Numbered from the stretch's first letter, positions 48,055 through 57,855 are shown. The stretch: DNA of 64,000 nucleotides from Thermoproteota archaeon (GCA_026986575.1 JALSOH010000004.1:32001-96000); one strand, 5' to 3'. Program-made: numbers and translations. The notes: generated from the letters alone by a model not told the origin.

Positions 48055-49062
48055 TCACCTCTTTAACCAGCCCACGGAGCTCACATAGCTTATCTCGGGC
48101 TCTGGGAGTTCCTCGTACTTGGGCCTTATCGGGTGCCTCATGAACACGAACCTCTTCGCTGGACCGGGTATCGATCCGGAGAGGACAACATACTGGCTCT
48201 TTAGGATCCCGTAATTCTTGAATCCACCCTTGGGTGTTACGTTCAGGGCTCCCTCCTCTGACAGGTCGGCCATCATCAGTATCCTCTTGTTGTACTCCGT
48301 CCTCTTGTGGTAACCAGTCTGGCCAGCCCTCGGGACCCTCCAAGTTACATAGGGCGGATGCCTAGATCCCAAGCTCCCGACCCTCCACCTGCCCTTACCG
48401 GCCTTATGCCTGAGCAGCTCGACTCCGAACCTCCTGACGACTCCCTGCCAACCATGCCCCTTGGTGACCGCGGTAACATCGACTAGTTGACCCACTTTGA
48501 AGACTTGGTTCACCTTGACCTTGGAGCCCACCAAGGACTGGGCGTACTCAAGCCTCTTATCCATCGATCCGCCCTTAATCGGAATCTCGAGGAATTCCGG
48601 TTTCTTCTTGTGTATTCCCGCCAGATCAGGTCTGGTGTAGGCTAAAATCCTAACCTCCTCTATCCTGTCCTTGTTAGCCTCCACCCTAGACAAGGCCTCG
48701 TCCCAGTTGTCAACTCCATCGCCTATGGTGAGAGTTCTGGAGATCAGATCATTCTGCTCGATTTTGAGGGCTGTGGTCACGGCCTTCAGCCCGTAGTAGG
48801 TTCCCACGTAGGGCCTGAAGCCGACCACCTCTATTGGAGGGGTCTCCACCACGGTGGAGGCTAGGGTCACGGGTTGACCTATGTTGAGCTTACCTGGCCT
48901 ATCCTCCTTCATCATGACGTGAATCATGCCCACCTTATAGCCTGGGAAGGCCACTAGGGTCGGCTCCTCAAGGGGCAGTTCAGGGTAGGATCTGAAGACT
49001 GCCTTCTGAGTTCTAGCCCTCTTCCGAGGAGCGAACTGTAGCGAACCGTGTCTTCTGGGCAT
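48055..49062 (-). CDS. rpl3: 50S ribosomal protein L3
   Basis: PRRHGSL, GYKVGM, TKGHGWQG, GYHKRTEYNKRI, GSIPGP. Confidence 0.97.
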   Translation of the reverse strand: MPRRHGSLQFAPRKRARTQKAVFRSYPELPLEEPTLVAFPGYKVGMIHVMMKEDRPGKLNIGQPVTLASTVVETPPIEVVGFRPYVGTYYGLKAVTTALKIEQNDLISRTLTIGDGVDNWDEALSRVEANKDRIEEVRILAYTRPDLAGIHKKKPEFLEIPIKGGSMDKRLEYAQSLVGSKVKVNQVFKVGQLVDVTAVTKGHGWQGVVRRFGVELLRHKAGKGRWRVGSLGSRHPPYVTWRVPRAGQTGYHKRTEYNKRILMMADLSEEGALNVTPKGGFKNYGILKSQYVVLSGSIPGPAKRFVFMRHPIRPKYEELPEPEISYVSSVGWLKR

Positions 49063-49125
49063 TACTAGCACCCCGTTAACTTTCCAACACAAGACAAGCT
49101 TGGGGTTTATTAAAGTTTGGTATGT

Positions 49126-49180
49126 CAGGAGGGCCCTCTCCTGTGAAGACAGCGAACTTCAGCGGCATGCTCGATGCCGT
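49126..49180. ncRNA. Candidate structured RNA: three abutting hairpins
   Basis: CAGGAG/CTCCTG, TGAAG/CTTCA and GCGGCAT/ATGCCGT stems with zero-length linkers in an intergenic gap. Confidence 0.4.
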
Positions 49181-49189
49181 CCTTGTATA

Positions 49190-49600
49190 TCATAGATCCA
49201 GAATAACCACGGCCCTCCAGAGGTCTCCCTCTTTCTCCACTTTGAGTTTGTAGTAGGTGACTGCTTTCACCTCGGTCTTGGGCTTGTGCCTCTCAGGATC
49301 CACTAGTTCGCCCCACGCCTTGCCCCTGAGCTTGGTACCTTGGATCATGACCTCAAACTTCGAGAACACCAAACCCTCCACATCCGTGATGAACAGAAGC
49401 TCTGACAGCCATGAATGGAGAAGTAGGGAGAGGTCCTCGGATTCCAATTCCAGCTCCTTCTCCACAACTGGATTAACGCTCTCGACATCCACCATTACCT
49501 CATACATGGCGAGGGCTGCCTCCTCGAAGAGGGAGTTCAGATCGCTAGCCCATACCTCGAACCCCACATCAGCCTCGACATCCACCAGCTTCCTGCCCAC
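49190..49600 (-). CDS. Archease
   Basis: ADVG, WLSELL, EVKAVTYY, C-terminal DL; GTG start after GGTG. Confidence 0.92.
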   Translation of the reverse strand: MGRKLVDVEADVGFEVWASDLNSLFEEAALAMYEVMVDVESVNPVVEKELELESEDLSLLLHSWLSELLFITDVEGLVFSKFEVMIQGTKLRGKAWGELVDPERHKPKTEVKAVTYYKLKVEKEGDLWRAVVILDL

Positions 49601-49604
49601 TATA

Positions 49605-50477
49605 TCACCCCGGGGGCAGGACGACAACGTAACTATCATCTACCCTAGCCGTCCTAGTCTTCCAAAACGGTTTAACTGAGTCGAATACGAAGATATATCC
49701 TTCCTTCTCCTCTATTGAGCTTATGAAGGCTGAAACGGGGTAATCGGTGATCCTATCCCTCGTCGAGTTTATCTCTACGTCGAGGACGCCGGGAGCAGTG
49801 TGAGACACTTCCATTATGGTGGAGTTGTAGGTAAACTCCTTGGTCTCGCCGGGATTGAGCTTCAGAGTCCCATTTATGATGAGGGTCCCATTCATGAACA
49901 TGGTTATGTTCCCCAATAGCTTGCTCATCCTCTCATAGTCTGATCCGATCGACAAATTGTAGACACCGGAGATGAGTATCTCCCCTTTAGATAGGGTTAC
50001 CTCCGTGTGACCTAGTATGACTTTCGTTAGGTCTCCCATTTTGGCGTAAGAACCGATGTATATGTCCTCTATGTTGTGGTCCGTGAGCTTCAGGTAAACG
50101 GCATTGTATCCGGCTAGAGGTCTCTCGTCGGGACCAACGATTCGACCGTCTATCGTCTGTATGGGGTATATACCACCCCAAGATGCCCTCACAACGTAGA
50201 TGGGAACTCCTGGACCCATCAGATTAATAACTAAGGTCCAGATCAGGAGGAGAGCTAAGAACGATGATCCCAAGGCCTCCCTGTATAGTTTCATCAGTCC
50301 CATGTCCTTCAGTTCGTCCCCCCAGAGTTTGAGGGAGAGGGGCGTAACGAGGAAGTAAGCAAGCAAGAAGAAGCTCAGTCCCTCCATCGGAGTGAGTCCA
50401 GCAATACCGCTCACTAGCCCGACTAGGGACGATAGAGCTACCCTGAAGTAGTAGACTTTGTGCTTTGGCTTCATCAT
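49605..50477 (-). CDS. EMC6/Rab5ip-like 3-TM domain fused to a C-terminal extracellular beta-rich domain
   Basis: YYFRVALSSLVGLVSGIAGLT..GLSFFLL..LYREALGSSF...IWTL pattern; C-terminal part carries several NxS/T sequons. Confidence 0.6.
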   Translation of the reverse strand: MMKPKHKVYYFRVALSSLVGLVSGIAGLTPMEGLSFFLLAYFLVTPLSLKLWGDELKDMGLMKLYREALGSSFLALLLIWTLVINLMGPGVPIYVVRASWGGIYPIQTIDGRIVGPDERPLAGYNAVYLKLTDHNIEDIYIGSYAKMGDLTKVILGHTEVTLSKGEILISGVYNLSIGSDYERMSKLLGNITMFMNGTLIINGTLKLNPGETKEFTYNSTIMEVSHTAPGVLDVEINSTRDRITDYPVSAFISSIEEKEGYIFVFDSVKPFWKTRTARVDDSYVVVLPPG

Positions 50478-50528
50478 GCCCCAGTAACCAATTGAATATA
50501 TAAAGGGAGCTGACCTGAGAAAGGCTGT

Positions 50529-52430
50529 ATGGGACGTAAGAGGAAGATCACTGGCTTGGATCTCAGGCATCTGGTCAGAGAGCTGCTCTCTCTGGAGGGT
50601 AAAATACTTAAGAAAGCGTACATGCTGGATGATGGTGTCTTTTCCCTCGTCTTCTATCCAGAAGTTGATGGGAGCAGAGAGCTCGTGATCGACCTGAGCG
50701 GCTTCATCTTTCTGACAGACCTCAAGTGGCCAAAACCTCGGAGCCCGCCGTCATTCATCATGGCCCTCAGGAAGCACTTAGAGGGTAGGAGGTTCACTGA
50801 GATATCCCAGATAGGAGTTGAGAGAATCCTCCGATTATCTTTCAGTGATATGCAGCTTGTAGTGGAGCTGTTTGGCGGAGGGAACCTCATACTCGCTCAG
50901 GAAGGTGAGATCCTTTTGCCACTCAAGAGGGTCGAGTTTAGGGGTAGATCCATCAAGCCCGGCGAGATCTACCGGCCACCAGCTGGTCCGGGGATTGAGC
51001 TGGATCCTAGAGACAGGGATGCCATACTAGCGCTCCTCAGGGAAGGTGTGAGGGAGAAACTGCCCCTGTGGAAGGTGTTGATAGGATCCTTCGGGGTGGG
51101 CCCCCCTTACACGGACGAGATCTCTCACCTGACGGGTGTGGATCTGAAGTCACCGCTACCCGAGACCGAGGTTCCCATCGATGAGATTGCTGATCTGATC
51201 CATTCATTCCTCAATAGGGAGACGGAACCCGTGATTTACGTTCAGGGCGATGAAGTGGTGAACTTCTCGGCCTTTCCGCTAACTCACCTCCAGATGGAGA
51301 GGAGAACCGTATCTAGTTTGTCTAGAGCGATTCAGCTCTATTATACCGCTAAGAGGCCTGAATACGAGGAAGACCCGAGGATAAGGTCGCTGGAGGTTGA
51401 GATTCAAAGGCAGGAAGAGCTGAAGAAGGAGTATGCGGAAAAGGCGGAGGAGTACAGGTCCATTGGCGATCTCATATATCTTCACTTGACCGAGGTTGAT
51501 GAGGCGCTGAGGAAGGCTAGGAAGGGGGTTTCACCTCCCCCTATAGTTTCAGTCGACAGGAAGTCCGGCAAGGTCGTGTTGAATCTGGATGGTCGGGAGA
51601 TCGAGCTAGACATGCTCAAATCAGCCACTGAGAACGCTTCCGAGTACTATAACAGGGCGAAGAAGTATCGAGAGAAGCATGAGAGGATAGATACCGCAAT
51701 TTCGTCCCTGAAGGAGAAGCTGAACAGGCTCAGAAGTGAGGCTGAGGAGATGGCTTCCAGAAAGGTCCCGACTAGGAGACGGAAGCTCCGATGGTACGAG
51801 AGATTCAGGTGGTTCTACACGTCAGGGGGCTTCTTGGTGATAGGGGGAAGGGATTCCCAAACCAACGCCGAGATAGTGTCCAAGTATTTGGACGAGAACG
51901 ATCTGTTCTTCCACGTTGACATGCCGGGGGGTTCAGTGGTGGTACTCAAGCTTGGTGGGAAGGAGCCGGATGAGGCATCAGTGAATCAAGCGGCCACCGC
52001 AGCGGGAGTGTTTTCTAGAGCGTGGAGAGAAGGTCTGACCTCAGTGGACGTTTACTACGTCAAGGGATCCCAAGTCTCGAAACACGCGCCTTCTGGACTG
52101 TATCTCCCGAAGGGGAGCTTTTACATAACTGGAAGGAGGAACTACCTGCGGGTGAGGCTCGAGGTCTGCGTGGGCTTTCAGGAGACCCCTGATGGGATCA
52201 AATTGACTGCAGCACCTCCGGGAGCTCCCTTCCTCTACTCCGTATGCCTTAGACCTGGATCCACCGGCAAGGAAGAGGCCGCAAAAGTGTTAAAGAATGT
52301 GCTGGAGAGCTGGCTGCAAGAAAACATTAAAATACGTGGGTACTCAGAACCCCCGGCGGAGCCTGTGGAAGTGAGTGTGGATAGTATAGTGAGGGCGTTG
52401 CCCCCCGGGAAAGTTACGATAGTGGAGTGA
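50529..52430 (+). CDS. rqcH: Ribosome quality control factor aRqcH (NEMF/Rqc2/FbpA family)
   Basis: FIMALRKHL, ER, ELFGGGNLIL, NASEYY, WYERFRWF, GGRD, FHVD, GSFYITGRRNY. Confidence 0.94.
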   Translation: MGRKRKITGLDLRHLVRELLSLEGKILKKAYMLDDGVFSLVFYPEVDGSRELVIDLSGFIFLTDLKWPKPRSPPSFIMALRKHLEGRRFTEISQIGVERILRLSFSDMQLVVELFGGGNLILAQEGEILLPLKRVEFRGRSIKPGEIYRPPAGPGIELDPRDRDAILALLREGVREKLPLWKVLIGSFGVGPPYTDEISHLTGVDLKSPLPETEVPIDEIADLIHSFLNRETEPVIYVQGDEVVNFSAFPLTHLQMERRTVSSLSRAIQLYYTAKRPEYEEDPRIRSLEVEIQRQEELKKEYAEKAEEYRSIGDLIYLHLTEVDEALRKARKGVSPPPIVSVDRKSGKVVLNLDGREIELDMLKSATENASEYYNRAKKYREKHERIDTAISSLKEKLNRLRSEAEEMASRKVPTRRRKLRWYERFRWFYTSGGFLVIGGRDSQTNAEIVSKYLDENDLFFHVDMPGGSVVVLKLGGKEPDEASVNQAATAAGVFSRAWREGLTSVDVYYVKGSQVSKHAPSGLYLPKGSFYITGRRNYLRVRLEVCVGFQETPDGIKLTAAPPGAPFLYSVCLRPGSTGKEEAAKVLKNVLESWLQENIKIRGYSEPPAEPVEVSVDSIVRALPPGKVTIVE

Positions 52431-52924
52431 TGGTTATGTGGTCTCTGCTCCCCGAGAAAGGTGAGGAACCCAAGTTCAGGCTGAAGGTATCCGAGATAAT
52501 GAACAGGAACCTGATTACCGTGACCCCTCAGGATACGGTGTTCAAGGTAGCACAGCTCATGAGCGAGCACAATATAGGCTCCGTGGTCGTGATGGAGAAA
52601 GGGGTCCTGAGGGGTATAGTCACGGAGAGGGACCTGATTTCCCGGTACATAGCTAAGAAGGACGGAAGGAAACCTGAAGAGGTTAAGGTAGAGGAAGTCA
52701 TGACTAAGGAGCCTGTCATAGTCAGGGACAACATAGATATTGATGAGGCCGCGAGGATCATGGTGGAGCACAACGTCAGAAGGCTGATAGTGGTGAACTC
52801 CAACAAGAAGGTGGTTGGGATAATCTCCTCCCGCGACATCCTGAAGGTGGCTCCGCACATATGGTTCATCCTGTCCGAGAGGTTGAGGCTAGCTAAGTCT
52901 AAGAAGGGTTGGAGCCTAGTATAG
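52427..52924 (+). CDS. CBS domain protein (one Bateman module)
   Basis: VSEIM, IGSVVV, GIVTERD, VRRLIV. Confidence 0.9.
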   Translation: MMVMWSLLPEKGEEPKFRLKVSEIMNRNLITVTPQDTVFKVAQLMSEHNIGSVVVMEKGVLRGIVTERDLISRYIAKKDGRKPEEVKVEEVMTKEPVIVRDNIDIDEAARIMVEHNVRRLIVVNSNKKVVGIISSRDILKVAPHIWFILSERLRLAKSKKGWSLV

Positions 52925-52942
52925 AGGGGGTACCCGATTTTG

Positions 52943-53764
52943 ATGGCTAAGGTAAAGGATTATATGACCGATAGAGTTGTCACTGTGACCCCCCGAGATA
53001 CCCTCGGTAGGGCCCGGAACCTCATGTTGGAGAGGAAGATAAGGCGTTTGGTTGTTGTGGAGGGAAATAGGGTAGTTGGGATAATTACCGCGACGGACAT
53101 CGCCAAGGCCTTAGCTAGGAGGGGCGCTCCTTGGAGATGGAGGAATCCGGAGAACTCCCTAATCGATAGGTTCATGACGAGGAATCCCGTAACAATAGGG
53201 CCTGATGAGCTTGTCAGGACCGCCTCCAAGGTGATGGATGAGAGGGGCATAGGGGGCCTTCCAGTGGTGAAGGACTCATCCTTGGTGGGCATATTGACGG
53301 AGACAGATATCTCTAGGTTCTTCGCCGAGAATATGAGGGGCTCCTACAAGATAAGGGATTTGATGGATGAGAACTATCAGGTGATAGCCCCGAACACCAA
53401 CTTAAAGAAGGTGGCCAAGCTGATAGCCAACGGAAACAGGGTCCTGATAGTTGGATCGGAGGGCAATTACTTAGGCATGATAACTGAGGGGGACATAGCC
53501 CTGTGGGAACCCAATCTCGCTAAGAAGTACGTTCTTATCCCATCGAGGACCGGAAGGATCAGCATGGACGTCCGGGTGAAGACCGCTAGGCATATAATGA
53601 AGGAGATAGGGATAAGGCTCAATCCCGAGGAAGATGCAGCCAAGGCTGCTAGGTACATGGTCGAGTGGGGAGTGAGTGCTATCCCCGTTTTCGATGGGAA
53701 CGAGCTAGTGGGTGTGGTCGATAAGAAGGCCCTAGTGAGAGGTGTGGCAAATGCCTCGGATTGA
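52943..53764 (+). CDS. CBS domain protein (four CBS repeats)
   Basis: VKDYMT, IRRLVVV, IGGLPVV, GILTETD repeats. Confidence 0.9.
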   Translation: MAKVKDYMTDRVVTVTPRDTLGRARNLMLERKIRRLVVVEGNRVVGIITATDIAKALARRGAPWRWRNPENSLIDRFMTRNPVTIGPDELVRTASKVMDERGIGGLPVVKDSSLVGILTETDISRFFAENMRGSYKIRDLMDENYQVIAPNTNLKKVAKLIANGNRVLIVGSEGNYLGMITEGDIALWEPNLAKKYVLIPSRTGRISMDVRVKTARHIMKEIGIRLNPEEDAAKAARYMVEWGVSAIPVFDGNELVGVVDKKALVRGVANASD

Positions 53765-54539
53765 TGTTTCTAGGCTTATGAGGACTTCAGTCATCACGAT
53801 CGATAAGGGGGAAACTGTAGAGGTCGCATTGGACCTCATGGAGAGGAACGACGTGAACCACTTGGTCGTCACCTCCGGAGATAGGGTCGTCGGCGTGCTC
53901 AGCATAAGGGACATAATGGAGGGCTTAGGCTCGTCTAGGTTCGAGAGGATACCGGCTAGGAGGATATACGTCAGCGCCCTGATGACCGAACCTCCAGTTA
54001 CTATTGGTCCCAGAATGTCCATAGAGGAAGCAGTTTCCATTATGCTCAAAAACGGGATCGGATCGCTCCCAGTGGTGGAAGGAGATAGGTTGGTGGGTAT
54101 AATTACCGAGACTGATCTGGTGAAGTCTCTAGATTATGATGGCGATATCGAGGTCTTGGTGAAGGGAGATCACCCGAGGATAATGCCCAATGAGAGGATA
54201 GTCCATGCGAGGAATGTGATGCTTGAGAGAGGCGCTAGGATACTCCCTGTGGTGGAGGGAGGGAAGCTTATAGGCATAGTTACTGAGAGGAATCTGGCAA
54301 GGGCTTTTCTAGACGTCAGGGAAAATGTGGATCCCGTACGCATGGACAACGTGGTCAGGAAGATCTTAGTGGAGGATGTGATGGTGGAGGCCCCAAGGAG
54401 GCTCATAGGATTCGTCCCGGTGAACGAGGCCAGGGACCTCTTCCTAGAATCTGGTCTACCAGCCCTTCCCGTGGTCGACGAAGACGATAAGGTGATCGGC
54501 GTCCTCGAGAGGAGAAGCCTCCTCAGGTTCCTCGGATGA
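53751..54539 (+). CDS. CBS domain protein (four CBS repeats)
   Basis: NHLVV, IGSLPVV, GIITETD, LPVV repeats. Confidence 0.9.
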   Translation: MPRIDVSRLMRTSVITIDKGETVEVALDLMERNDVNHLVVTSGDRVVGVLSIRDIMEGLGSSRFERIPARRIYVSALMTEPPVTIGPRMSIEEAVSIMLKNGIGSLPVVEGDRLVGIITETDLVKSLDYDGDIEVLVKGDHPRIMPNERIVHARNVMLERGARILPVVEGGKLIGIVTERNLARAFLDVRENVDPVRMDNVVRKILVEDVMVEAPRRLIGFVPVNEARDLFLESGLPALPVVDEDDKVIGVLERRSLLRFLG

Positions 54540-55380
54540 GGGGATCCAGTAGCATCCCCATTATTCCGAGGAACATGGAGAGTTTCAGCATGCTGCTCAG
54601 TCTCTCAGCCTTAATCTCATCTATTTTGAGCGATTCTCTAGCGGAATAGAGTAATAGGGGAAGGGAGAGGACCACTGAGAGGAGGAAGTAGGCTGGTCCC
54701 GTCAGACCAGCTAGGAGAGGTATCAGCGTCAGGACGGATGTTACAAGGATCATCAGAGAGGCGTAAACGCCTGCTCCCCTAGGGCCCATCACCACCGCTA
54801 CTGTCCTCAAGCCGTAAAGAGAATCACCTTTCAGGTCTTCCACGGTTTTCACTACCTCTCTAGCTAAGTTGGATGTGAAGGCTATCATAGAGAATAGGAT
54901 CACCTTTCCATTGAGTCCATCAGCTGCCAAGGCTCCGAATATGAGGGTAAATGCGACCCCCAAGCTGACTAAGATGTTACCTACCAAACCCATCGCTTTG
55001 ATCCATCGGGCATAGAGGTACCAAGAGAGGGCGAAGAGAGAGGCGATGATAAACTCTTCCACACCTAAGGGAATGCTCAAGGCTACCCCTATGAGGGACA
55101 AGACGATATAGGAAGTCATCGCTTCCCTAGGGGAGACCTCCCCGGATGGTATGGGTCTGTCTGGCTTATTCACCTTGTCTATGGGAGCGTCGAAGTAGTC
55201 GTTCACCGCATTACCGGCCATGAGGATGAGGGGCGGCACAACGCAAGCCAAGATCAGATTCGGAATGAGCTCAGGGAAAGCGGATGCGTTCACCCATCCG
55301 ACAAGAACTCCTAAGATGGACATTAGGGCGTTCTTGGGACGGAAGAGTCTCAAATAGCCCCTGATGTCGCCGCCCCCCAT
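54523..55380 (-). CDS. Digeranylgeranylglyceryl phosphate synthase (UbiA family)
   Basis: NDYFDAPIDKVNKPDRPIPSG and REVVKTVEDLKGD Asp-rich motifs. Confidence 0.9.
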   Translation of the reverse strand: MGGGDIRGYLRLFRPKNALMSILGVLVGWVNASAFPELIPNLILACVVPPLILMAGNAVNDYFDAPIDKVNKPDRPIPSGEVSPREAMTSYIVLSLIGVALSIPLGVEEFIIASLFALSWYLYARWIKAMGLVGNILVSLGVAFTLIFGALAADGLNGKVILFSMIAFTSNLAREVVKTVEDLKGDSLYGLRTVAVVMGPRGAGVYASLMILVTSVLTLIPLLAGLTGPAYFLLSVVLSLPLLLYSARESLKIDEIKAERLSSMLKLSMFLGIMGMLLDPLIRGT

Positions 55381-55435
55381 GGACCCACACCGGTCCCTTT
55401 TTATGGGCTAAGAAATATACCTATCGGGATCGGAT

Positions 55436-56371
55436 TTGCCTGTCAGAGTCGGTGTAGTAGGATGCGGGTGGTTCGGATCCGCCCACGCTAGGGTGTACAG
55501 GACCATAGGTGAGGCTCAACTAGTTGCTGTCATGGATATCGTTGAGGAAAACGCCAAGAGGTTGGCGGAGATTTACCATGTGAACCATTACACGTCGATA
55601 GAGGAGATGATCAGGAAGGAATCTTTGGATGCCGTGAGCATAGCTGTCACTCCGCAGTACCTCTTTCGAGCCACGAAAGAGGCTTTAGAGGCAGGTACAT
55701 CCGTACTCGTCGAGAAACCGGTAGTTATCAGCAGGGAAGAGCTCTCGAATCTGGAATCCCTTGTTAAGAGAGCCGATGGCGTCTTCATGCCTGGGTTCAT
55801 AGAACTCTTCAATCCGGCCGTATCCATGGCCAAATCGCTCTTAGATGATGAAAGAATAGGAAAACTGCTGTCTATATGGTCTAGGAGAGTAGGAAGACTC
55901 CCTAAAAAGAGTATCGGCTGGAGAATAGGTGTCTCCTTAGACTTAGCTATACATGAGATGTACGTGCAGCACCATATAGTGGGAGGGGCACCCTCAAGTG
56001 TGTCCTCCTACACGGCTAAGCTGCTGGAAGGTGAGGGAGGAGAGGACCTTGCGATATTCCTCGCTAGATTCCCAGATGGAATAGTTTCCACCATTGAAAC
56101 GAATTGGCTCACTCCATCGGGGATAAGGGAAGCGCTGATAATGGGTGACGGGGGCAGCCTCATCGTGAACTACCCTGATCAAACGGTGAGGATAGAGTCC
56201 TCAGACAGGATCGAGCAGCCGAGGATAAGGAGGAAGGAGCCTCTGCAGGGAGAACTCGCATACTTCGTGGAGCATGTGAGGAAAGGGAGTGATCCCGACA
56301 TCGGGATCGACTTGGCCAAGAATGTGCTGAACTCCTTATTCGAGGGATTGGAGAATAGGTTGGTTTTCTGA
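55436..56371 (+). CDS. Gfo/Idh/MocA oxidoreductase
   Basis: VGVVGCGWFG, VLVEKP, FNPA, DLAIH. Confidence 0.9.
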   Translation: MPVRVGVVGCGWFGSAHARVYRTIGEAQLVAVMDIVEENAKRLAEIYHVNHYTSIEEMIRKESLDAVSIAVTPQYLFRATKEALEAGTSVLVEKPVVISREELSNLESLVKRADGVFMPGFIELFNPAVSMAKSLLDDERIGKLLSIWSRRVGRLPKKSIGWRIGVSLDLAIHEMYVQHHIVGGAPSSVSSYTAKLLEGEGGEDLAIFLARFPDGIVSTIETNWLTPSGIREALIMGDGGSLIVNYPDQTVRIESSDRIEQPRIRRKEPLQGELAYFVEHVRKGSDPDIGIDLAKNVLNSLFEGLENRLVF

Positions 56372-56381
56372 GGGTGCGGGA

Positions 56382-57458
56382 ATGCCTGTAAAGGGAAGGC
56401 TCAGGAAAGGGATGGTATATGTGTCAGAGCAGGTCGACAGACTCTATAAGCAGGGATACGGTGAGATCGTTGGTAGCGAGCTCGAGCTTCATCCACTTGA
56501 GGCTGCATTCTTAGTTTGGAGGGGAAGGTTGAGGGTACTCGGCGAATGCGGTGAAGTCGGGCTGAGGGATCTTATGAGACTCTTCGTGGGCGATCCTAGG
56601 GCCTTTTTGAAGTACGTGGTGTACAGCGATCTAAGGAGAAAGGAAAGGCTCGTCGTGTACGAGAGGTCAACTGACTTCCTCAGGCTCTATCCAAAGGGAG
56701 CTAGAGTGGGAGAGGTTGCTGCCAAGGATCTGATCCTCCCTCTCTCCGAGGATCGGCCCATACCCCACAAGTACATCTTAGACACCGTTGAGAAGGTGGC
56801 CAAGCTAAGGAAAGGTCTGATATTGGCTGTCGTGGATGACGAGATGAATGTCACCTACTACAGGGCTCAAAACTTCCTACCCGATAAGAGAACCGGATAC
56901 GATGTCGAAGAGTTGCCGGAGCTGATAGGTACCCTAGTGGGAGATAGGGTTATAGTGTTCGACGAGAGATCCGGAGATCTCTACGCTAAGGGATTTTGGG
57001 GTCATCCTCTCGGTGTGGATAAGCCCGAACCGTTCAAGCGGTACGAGGAGCCCTTGCAGCTCCCTCTAATAGAAGCTATATACCTCTCCTCTAAGGGCAA
57101 ACTGAGAGTTGAAACCTACGATGGTAAGGACCTAGACCTAGAAAAGTTGAGAAGGATCTTTTCGGAGGTGAGAGAGGGATCGAGGATCAGAGAAAGGGTG
57201 TTCAGGTACTGGAGGGATTTGGGATATGTTCCTAAGGCTGGATCCAAGTATGGAGCTGACTTCTTGATATACGAGAGAGGTCCTGGTCTCGAACATGCAC
57301 CTTACCTATGCGTAGCTGGATCAGTGGGAGATAAGGTGCGTCCCGTCGATCTGATAAGGTCTGGGAGGGTTGCTACATCGGTGAGAAAGGACCTCGTCGT
57401 ATCGCTAGTTTCTGGAGAGCATGTGATCAGCTACAAGATGTCTTGGTTCAAGCCCTGA
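56382..57458 (+). CDS. endA: tRNA splicing endonuclease, two-unit fused (homodimer type)
   Basis: Structural unit (LHPLEAAFL, VYSDLR, VDDE) plus catalytic unit (GSKYGADFLIY, H, RVATSVRK). Confidence 0.93.
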   Translation: MPVKGRLRKGMVYVSEQVDRLYKQGYGEIVGSELELHPLEAAFLVWRGRLRVLGECGEVGLRDLMRLFVGDPRAFLKYVVYSDLRRKERLVVYERSTDFLRLYPKGARVGEVAAKDLILPLSEDRPIPHKYILDTVEKVAKLRKGLILAVVDDEMNVTYYRAQNFLPDKRTGYDVEELPELIGTLVGDRVIVFDERSGDLYAKGFWGHPLGVDKPEPFKRYEEPLQLPLIEAIYLSSKGKLRVETYDGKDLDLEKLRRIFSEVREGSRIRERVFRYWRDLGYVPKAGSKYGADFLIYERGPGLEHAPYLCVAGSVGDKVRPVDLIRSGRVATSVRKDLVVSLVSGEHVISYKMSWFKP

Positions 57459-57855
57459 TCACTCGGGCGAAGTCCTCTATCGACAGCCCCTTGGACCTCG
57501 CTGTCTCTATGTCTATGGCGATAGATCCTGATTTCAATTTCCTAGCTTCATCCATTTTCAGCAGGAAGAACTTACCTCTATCTGAGGAGAACTTCACCGC
57601 GAACCAGCACTCGCCCCCAAGCAGCTCTGCCAGCCTCCTCATAGAGGTCACCTCATCTGAGGGGATGTAAACGGTATCCTTAGATGTGGTCTTAACTTCG
57701 ATTACGGCTATTCTTCCCTTGTATCCAGCGATCACATCGCTGGATGGATGACTGGTGGACCCACTTCCTGCTATTCTCACTGCCGCTATTCCGTGCTTCC
57801 ATAACTTGTCCAAGAGATCCCTCTCTGCCCTAGTTCCCTTGGCCTTTCTCCTCAA
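57448..57855 (-). CDS. hjc: Holliday junction resolvase Hjc
   Basis: KGTRAERDL, RIAGSG, DVIA, IEVK. Confidence 0.93.
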   Translation of the reverse strand: MRRKAKGTRAERDLLDKLWKHGIAAVRIAGSGSTSHPSSDVIAGYKGRIAVIEVKTTSKDTVYIPSDEVTSMRRLAELLGGECWFAVKFSSDRGKFFLLKMDEARKLKSGSIAIDIETARSKGLSIEDFARVIRA

